Assembly: GCA_034408725.1 (NCBI GenBank)
Contig: JAWXCN010000054.1
Coordinates: forward strand, 1 to 32,610
Direction: 5' to 3'
Origin: Candidatus Hydrogenedentota bacterium
Lineage (GTDB): Bacteria; Hydrogenedentota; Hydrogenedentia; Hydrogenedentales; SLHB01
Length of the DNA stretch: 32,610 nt
In this document: in pieces, positions 27,147 to 32,610 of the stretch
Position numbering within the stretch: position 1 is the stretch's first letter
Layout: the number at the start of each line of letters is the position of its first letter
Notes under the pieces: generated by a model
Seen by the model: only the letters and a program-made list of their open reading frames with translations
Told to the model about the DNA's origin: nothing
The model's database searches: none
Made by a program: the position numbers and the translations under genes

Positions 27147-28930
27147 CGGGACAGTGCGGCAGCGTCTTTTGTATAGCCCTCACGCTTCTTTCGTTGGGCA
27201 CTGGATGCAGGAGTTTGGCAGAGCGTGCATACCTTCCTCGGGGAGGTGTGCGCACGGCACAATATGCGGTCGAGATCGAGCGCGACGTCCGGACACCCAT
27301 GTCCGATGGCGTGACGCTGGTATCCAATGTCTATCGGCCCAAGGGACCGGCTTCGGTCCCGGCGGTGCTTGTTCGGGCGCCGTACTCACAAAGCTGGAAG
27401 ACGCGATTGATGAGCGACATCGCGGGCAAGTTTTGGGCGTCTCGCGGGTATGCCGTCGTGTTGCAATCAAGCCGGGGGCGGCTGCCTTCCGGCGGCGAGT
27501 TTTATCCGCTTGCACCGGAGCGCAGCGATGGAATCGACACGCTGCACTGGTTGGCCGCGCAGCCTTGGTGCGACGGACGCATCGGCATGTGGGGCGGCTC
27601 ATCATTCGGGTACACGCAATGGGCCATTGCTGACCAAAGGGAACCGGGGCCGAAGGCGTATATGATTCAGATCGCGAGTTCCGAAGTGCGTGAGATGCTT
27701 TATCCGGGTGGTGCATTCGCTCTTGAGAGCGGGTTGTATTGGGCGTTGCGCAGCTACCGTGACATGGACAAAATTCCGTCTGCACGAATGATTGATCGCG
27801 GGGTAAATGGATATCCACTGCGGGAGGCGGATAATCGCGCAGTGGAAGACATTCCGTTTTTTGATGACTGGGCGACCCATACCCAACAGGATAAGTATTG
27901 GAAGGAAATCGATGGTGAGGATCGCGCCGCTTCGATTCAAGCCCCGGTGCATCTGATAGGGGGATGGCATGATCCGTTCCTGCCCGCGCAATTGAAGGGT
28001 TTTGAGCGCATCCGCGGACGGGCCGCACCGCCGGTTGCGCGTGATACACGGCTGCTTATCGGGCCGTGGAGCCATGCAGCTTCGTTTGAGTTGCCGGAAT
28101 CTGCGAACAGGGAAAACTACAGGCGCGCGGCCCTGGCGCCCGCGATCGATTGGTTTGATACCCATTTGGCGGGCACGAGCGATGCGGCGCGCAAGACCGC
28201 ACCCGTCAGGCTATTCGTGTTGGGGATAAACCAATGGCGGGACGAGCAGGAATGGCCTTTGGCGCGGGCCGAAGACATTTCTTTGTATCTGCGAAGTAAT
28301 GGCCGGGCCAATACCGTGAATGGAGACGGTATGCTTTCTCTTCAGGTCCTGGAGCGCGATGAACCGGCGGATTCGTTCGAGTACGATCCGCGCAATCCTG
28401 TGCCTACGGCTGGGGGAGCGGTCTTGGGAAAGCGCGCTGGAATCAAGGATCAGAACCGGGTAGAACGCCGGCGGGATGTACTTGTGTATACCAGCCCGGT
28501 GCTCGCTGCACCAGTTGAAGTTACCGGCAACGTCTGCGCAATTCTTCATGTGGCAACGACTGCGCCGAACACCGATTTCACGGCGAAACTGGTTGACGTT
28601 CATCCCGATGGACGGGCATTCAATGTATGCGATGGAATTCTGAGGCGTGATTTTAGGACCAATTCTCCGCCTACATCCATTCGTATCGAGCTGTGGCCGA
28701 CCAGCATGGTTTTCAAGGCAGGACACCAGATTCGCCTCGAAGTATCCAGCAGCAACTTCCCGCGATTTGATCGTAATCCGAATACGGGTGGTTTCATTCC
28801 GGCGGAGACGCAACCCGTCTCCGCGCGCCAGTGGGTATTCCATTCGGCTGGTATGGCTTCACAATTGTGCTTGCCGGTAATTCCGTCGGACATTAGTGCG
28901 GATGAAGGGAGGATCACTTTCGAGTCTTGA
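27143..28930 (+). CDS. CocE/NonD family (S15-like) serine hydrolase, probable lipoprotein
   Basis: PMSDGVTL, RAPY, WCDGRIGMWGGSSFG (nucleophile Ser), GWHDPF, IGPWSH, RLEVSSSNFPRFDRNPNTG. Lipobox-like LGTG-C. SD GGAGGG. Confidence 0.93.
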   Translation: MTGQCGSVFCIALTLLSLGTGCRSLAERAYLPRGGVRTAQYAVEIERDVRTPMSDGVTLVSNVYRPKGPASVPAVLVRAPYSQSWKTRLMSDIAGKFWASRGYAVVLQSSRGRLPSGGEFYPLAPERSDGIDTLHWLAAQPWCDGRIGMWGGSSFGYTQWAIADQREPGPKAYMIQIASSEVREMLYPGGAFALESGLYWALRSYRDMDKIPSARMIDRGVNGYPLREADNRAVEDIPFFDDWATHTQQDKYWKEIDGEDRAASIQAPVHLIGGWHDPFLPAQLKGFERIRGRAAPPVARDTRLLIGPWSHAASFELPESANRENYRRAALAPAIDWFDTHLAGTSDAARKTAPVRLFVLGINQWRDEQEWPLARAEDISLYLRSNGRANTVNGDGMLSLQVLERDEPADSFEYDPRNPVPTAGGAVLGKRAGIKDQNRVERRRDVLVYTSPVLAAPVEVTGNVCAILHVATTAPNTDFTAKLVDVHPDGRAFNVCDGILRRDFRTNSPPTSIRIELWPTSMVFKAGHQIRLEVSSSNFPRFDRNPNTGGFIPAETQPVSARQWVFHSAGMASQLCLPVIPSDISADEGRITFES

Positions 28931-28935
28931 CATGA

Positions 28936-28964
28936 TTGATAGCGCGCGCATGACGCGGTACTGT
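28936..28964 (+). promoter_or_regulatory. Candidate sigma-70 promoter immediately upstream of the TMTC-like gene
   Basis: TTGATA (28936-28941), 17-nt spacer, TACTGT (28959-28964). ATG is 8 nt further on, with no SD. Confidence 0.4.
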
Positions 28965-28972
28965 TATGGGCC

Positions 28973-30706
28973 ATGTCTAAAGAGGCAGCTACATTACCGG
29001 TGGCAGACCGATCACGCGTGCTGATCGCGATCCTGATTGGGTGTGCCGCATTTTTCCTGTTTTTGCGATCGGGAAATTTTGCCTTTCTCAATTACGACGA
29101 CAACGACTACGTGACCGGGAACGCGATGATTCAGCGCGGGCTGGGTATTGACACCATCGTTTGGGCGTTCACGACGGGCCATGCCTCGCATTGGCATCCG
29201 TTGACTTGGCTTTCTCACGCGCTGGACTGGTCACTGTTTGGGGACGCGCCGCGTGGGCACCATCTGACCAATGTGATACTGCATGCCGTGAACAGTGTGC
29301 TCCTTTTCTTCGCGCTACAGCGGTTGACGAGAGAAGTCTGGTTGAGCGCGTGCGTGGCGATGTTGTTCGCGGTCCATCCGATGAATGTGCAGTCGGTCGC
29401 GTGGATTGCCGAGCGGAAGAACGTGTTGAGCACATTTTTTGGATGGTTGTGTCTTTATTTTTACGCGGGGTATTTGGAGAAACAAACGCGCGCCCGGATG
29501 GCCGGTGTTGCGGCGATACTGGCGCTGGGTCTGATGAGCAAGGCCATGCTGGTAACGTGGCCGATGCTATTGTTGCTTATCGACTGGTGGCCCGCGCGCC
29601 GTATGAAGGCGGTGTTGACGAATCCTAAAGACTTGTTTTACGAGTCGAGGCGTCCGGCGCTTGAGAAACTTCCCTTGCTTGCGCTCGTCGTTCTGTCGAG
29701 CGTAGTTACGTACATCGCCATGAGAAGTTATGGCGCCATCGGCGTGGAGACATCGTATCCATTGAACGTGCGGCTCCAAAACGTGGCGGTGTCATACGTA
29801 GCTTATCTTGAAAAATTATTTGTTCCGTTCGGACTAGCGCCATTTTATCCGCATCCACTGGACGCGCTTCCAGCATGGAAAGTAGTGGCATGCACGCTCT
29901 TCCTATTGCTGCTCACGGTGATTGTTATCCGTCGCGGCCAGTCGCAGCCGTATTTGGCCTTTGGCTGGTTTTGGTACGTGGGTACGCTCGTGCCGGTGAT
30001 TGGGTTTGTGCAAGCGGGAGAGCAGGCGATGGGTGACCGGTACGCGTATGTGCCTTACGTTGGATTGTTCGTCGCGCTCGTCTGGGGAGGCCGGGACGTA
30101 GCGAAGATGTTTTCAATCCCGCCACGGGTGACTGGCATCGTTTTTAGCGCGGCGATTCTGCTGTTGTGCGCGCGTAGCTTGAATGAACTGGGCACCTGGC
30201 GTAACGACGTGACATTGTGGGAGCACGCCGTTGCCGTTACGGACAACAACTACATCGCGCATCAAAACCTTGGCGTTGCATACCGGGGCCAGCGTAGAAA
30301 AGAGGACGCGACGGCGCAGTTTGAAGCCGCCTTGCGCATCCGACCGGCTCACGCGCGTTCATTGGTAAATATGGGGACGCTGCTGCTGGATGCTGGCAAA
30401 CACGAGGAAGGAATGGACTATCTGATGTCTGCCGTCCAACACGCGCCCAACAATGCGCCTGCGCAATTGAATCTTGGCATGGGGTATGTGCGCGGGGGCG
30501 ACGTCGAGAAGGGGCTGGAACACCTGCTTGCTGCAATCGAACTAACGCCACATGACTATCGGCTAACCAACCTCGTGGGCAGCGTGTACGCCCGAAATGG
30601 GCAACAGTCCGAAGCGCGACATTGGTTTGAGGAATCGTTGCGGATCAATCCCGGCTACGAGAAGGCCATTGTGAACCTAAGGGTGCTATCGGATTCCGGA
30701 GGATAA
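28973..30706 (+). CDS. TMTC-like GT-C membrane glycosyltransferase with C-terminal TPR repeats
   Basis: NYDDNDY, WHPLTWLSH, HLTNVILH, HPMNVQSVAWIAERK, GDRYAYVP, WRNDVTLW, followed by about four TPRs (AHQNLG, SLVNMG, AQLNLG, NLVG). Confidence 0.9.
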   Translation: MSKEAATLPVADRSRVLIAILIGCAAFFLFLRSGNFAFLNYDDNDYVTGNAMIQRGLGIDTIVWAFTTGHASHWHPLTWLSHALDWSLFGDAPRGHHLTNVILHAVNSVLLFFALQRLTREVWLSACVAMLFAVHPMNVQSVAWIAERKNVLSTFFGWLCLYFYAGYLEKQTRARMAGVAAILALGLMSKAMLVTWPMLLLLIDWWPARRMKAVLTNPKDLFYESRRPALEKLPLLALVVLSSVVTYIAMRSYGAIGVETSYPLNVRLQNVAVSYVAYLEKLFVPFGLAPFYPHPLDALPAWKVVACTLFLLLLTVIVIRRGQSQPYLAFGWFWYVGTLVPVIGFVQAGEQAMGDRYAYVPYVGLFVALVWGGRDVAKMFSIPPRVTGIVFSAAILLLCARSLNELGTWRNDVTLWEHAVAVTDNNYIAHQNLGVAYRGQRRKEDATAQFEAALRIRPAHARSLVNMGTLLLDAGKHEEGMDYLMSAVQHAPNNAPAQLNLGMGYVRGGDVEKGLEHLLAAIELTPHDYRLTNLVGSVYARNGQQSEARHWFEESLRINPGYEKAIVNLRVLSDSGG

Positions 30707-30731
30707 TAGATGCATCGAATTGGAATCGGCG

Positions 30732-32006
30732 TTAAAATTTTTCCTGCATTTTATAGAGATTGATCAGGGCCTGATCCATGATGTCTTCGCCGGCCCCGAG
30801 CGGCACCCAAGAAACACTCGCATCCGCGCCGTAGCCGCCCTGGGAGGCGCCTTCGATGGTAGGGAAATACATGTGGTGACCGTTGCAATAGCCCTGAAAG
30901 ATCACCTTTACACCCTCCGCGCGTTCCTTCAAGTGAAGCGAATGGCTGCAAAAGTATTCGCCTGAAACGCCTACCCAAAAAATTTCGCCATTGAGCAAAA
31001 TTGAGGTCAGCTGCGGGTGTATCTGCTTATCGCCCATCTCTGTCATGAATGCGTTGACCAATTCGGGGAAAAACGCCCCTTTGAGCAGTTTCTGGCTTGC
31101 TGGACTCGATATGTCCGAACGTGTCGGATACGAGAATTCATTGTCTATTCCCTTGATGGACGGAGCGACAGGGACCGCGGTGGTGATGGTCTCGTTTATT
31201 TTCAACGCCTCGCCGGCAATGGCCGCGCCGAATGCCTCGAGCGTTTTAGTTTCCTCGGTCGATTGTGTCGTTAAATCGCCGGCGGCGCCCTGAACGAACA
31301 TGCACGGAGCGCCGAATTTCGATTCGACGTTTTTCATCATTTCTCCGGGCCATTCCGCTGAATAACGCAGGTCGTCGGCAGGGAGACGGGTGGGATGCGC
31401 GTGGTAGTTCACAAGCAGGGCGATTGGTGTGCCATTCGCGCCATCAACACGCACGACCGACATTTCCGTGTCTATCGGTTTTGGATCAGTCTTGTCGTGA
31501 CGGTTCCGGTTCATTGCGACAGCGGCAGAACCCCAACCAATTTTCGCGGGCTGGGTAGCCGAGGCTGCTTCCTTGATGACATCGATCAAAGTGACCTGAA
31601 GGTGCATTGTATAGTCGACGGCATCTTGAAATTTCCCCTGGCCCTTTTCCGGTGCATCGAGCAATTCGATCACGGGGCCATGATGGGTATGAGAACCTGA
31701 AATCAGGACGTAGGCAACACCGTTTTCCACGACTGCCTCGCGAATTGCCGTGATCATGACTGCGGTCGGCCCACGGCCAATATCCATTGTGACGACGGCG
31801 AGTTTTTTGTCTCCGGCGTCGAATACGATGCACTTGGCGTATAGCGGGTCGCGCACACCCACGGATAGCGCGTCATGCCGGGCGCCGTAGCCCCACATCG
31901 GCATCGGTTTTTGGGGAGTGATGTCGCGCTTTGCGAATCCTGCCTTGAACTCCTGAGCGGATGCGAAACCGGACAAGACGGCACAGGCCAAAATGAGAAT
32001 ACGCAT
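30732..32006 (-). CDS. Secreted neutral/alkaline ceramidase N-terminal-domain-like metal hydrolase
   Basis: Signal peptide ends ASA-Q. AGFAKRDITP, MWGYGAR, DPLYAK, SHTHHGP, NYHAHPT, FVQGAAGD, GYCNG..YFPT. Confidence 0.85.
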   Translation of the reverse strand: MRILILACAVLSGFASAQEFKAGFAKRDITPQKPMPMWGYGARHDALSVGVRDPLYAKCIVFDAGDKKLAVVTMDIGRGPTAVMITAIREAVVENGVAYVLISGSHTHHGPVIELLDAPEKGQGKFQDAVDYTMHLQVTLIDVIKEAASATQPAKIGWGSAAVAMNRNRHDKTDPKPIDTEMSVVRVDGANGTPIALLVNYHAHPTRLPADDLRYSAEWPGEMMKNVESKFGAPCMFVQGAAGDLTTQSTEETKTLEAFGAAIAGEALKINETITTAVPVAPSIKGIDNEFSYPTRSDISSPASQKLLKGAFFPELVNAFMTEMGDKQIHPQLTSILLNGEIFWVGVSGEYFCSHSLHLKERAEGVKVIFQGYCNGHHMYFPTIEGASQGGYGADASVSWVPLGAGEDIMDQALINLYKMQEKF

Positions 32007-32081
32007 TGCAGCTACCCCTTTTACGATGAATGGGTATTTATACCGTTTCGCGGGGGGAATTTCCAGAAGAATGACGGTCCG

Positions 32082-32609
32082 TTAGCGATCCAGGACCGCG
32101 AGCGGGATCTGCCAAACGAAAATACGGTCCCGCTTCCAAGTGTAGGATACGGCTATACCAGCGGTAGTTCGCACTACGGCGGGATAGGAAAATTCCTTTT
32201 CAGCTTCGTCCTCGAGCTCGGCGAGGTCGAGCCACGTGGCGCCATTGTCCTTTGATAACGCGAGATTCAAAGGAGAGCGCGCGCCCCAGTCTTTGCCCAC
32301 GGGATTATAAATGAGCACAAGACGTCCGTCGTCCAGTTTTAGCACGTCGAGACCGCTGTTATTGTTCGGGAGGTCTGTCAGATAGACGGCAGACCAGGTG
32401 CGGCCGCCATCTGTCGAATCGGTGCGGCCAACGCGCCCCGCGGTTGTGCGAAGAAGGGCATGAACTTTGCCCGGCGCCGACTCCCACAATGTGGGCTGAA
32501 TCGCGCCGTTGCCGGGAATAATTGCCGGATCGATTGCCCAGGTTTCGCTGCGCACCCAGGTCCTGCCGCTGTCCTGTGACCGGTCGGCGAATGGTTTCCA
32601 GCCCTTATA
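32082..32609 (-). CDS. BNR/Asp-box repeat sialidase-like protein, 5'-truncated by the window edge
   Basis: Frame is open to the window end. Asp-boxes SQDSGRTW, STDGGRTW and SKDNGATW, plus IQPTL, LPNNNSG, RSPL and FSYPAV. Confidence 0.88.
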   Translation of the reverse strand, partial: YKGWKPFADRSQDSGRTWVRSETWAIDPAIIPGNGAIQPTLWESAPGKVHALLRTTAGRVGRTDSTDGGRTWSAVYLTDLPNNNSGLDVLKLDDGRLVLIYNPVGKDWGARSPLNLALSKDNGATWLDLAELEDEAEKEFSYPAVVRTTAGIAVSYTWKRDRIFVWQIPLAVLDR

Positions 32610-32610
32610 T

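Noticed and set aside
25539..32610. tRNA-Leu as an integration site for a genomic island
   Set aside because: No integrase is adjacent and I found no duplicated tRNA 3' end in the window by eye. A repeat outside the window cannot be excluded.
1..32610. CRISPR arrays, IS elements, rRNA, riboswitches
   Set aside because: No regularly spaced repeats, transposase-like ORFs or recognisable structured RNA other than the tRNA were seen by eye. A covariance-model search would be needed to exclude small RNAs.

Overview
Gene-dense bacterial chromosomal segment of moderately high GC, with 23 supportable CDSs (two cut by the window edges) and one tRNA-Leu(CAG). The gene content suggests a Hydrogenedentota/PVC-like organism, which is inference only. 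Left to right: an aldo/keto reductase; a tightly coupled minus-strand four-gene glycosylation cassette (GT-C ArnT/PMT-like, GT2, DegT aminotransferase, SAM methyltransferase); a large secreted LamG-domain protein; a HAD hydrolase; a minus-strand four-gene operon (Tat-exported beta-helix protein, secreted CxxCH + QW-repeat protein, DUF853/HerA-like ATPase, HAD); a plus-strand run (GT2, CrtE-like prenyl diphosphate synthase, membrane-anchored GH42-like protein, FucK-like kinase, secreted propeller/helical protein); an 887-aa ECF sigma factor with a transmembrane helix; tRNA-Leu; a DOMON/CBM9-like secreted protein; a small membrane protein coupled to a CocE/NonD lipoprotein; a TMTC-like GT-C with TPRs; a ceramidase-like protein; and a BNR/sialidase-like protein. 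I saw no transposase, integrase, CRISPR array or recognisable defence system. No single novel system is demonstrated. The best leads are the Arn-like cassette with a methyltransferase, the CxxCH/QW-repeat protein, the membrane-spanning ECF, a possible GH42-like pseudoenzyme, two candidate unclassified glycan-active proteins, and an 11-bp-periodic operator-like repeat. All assignments come from reading motifs by eye, with no searches run.
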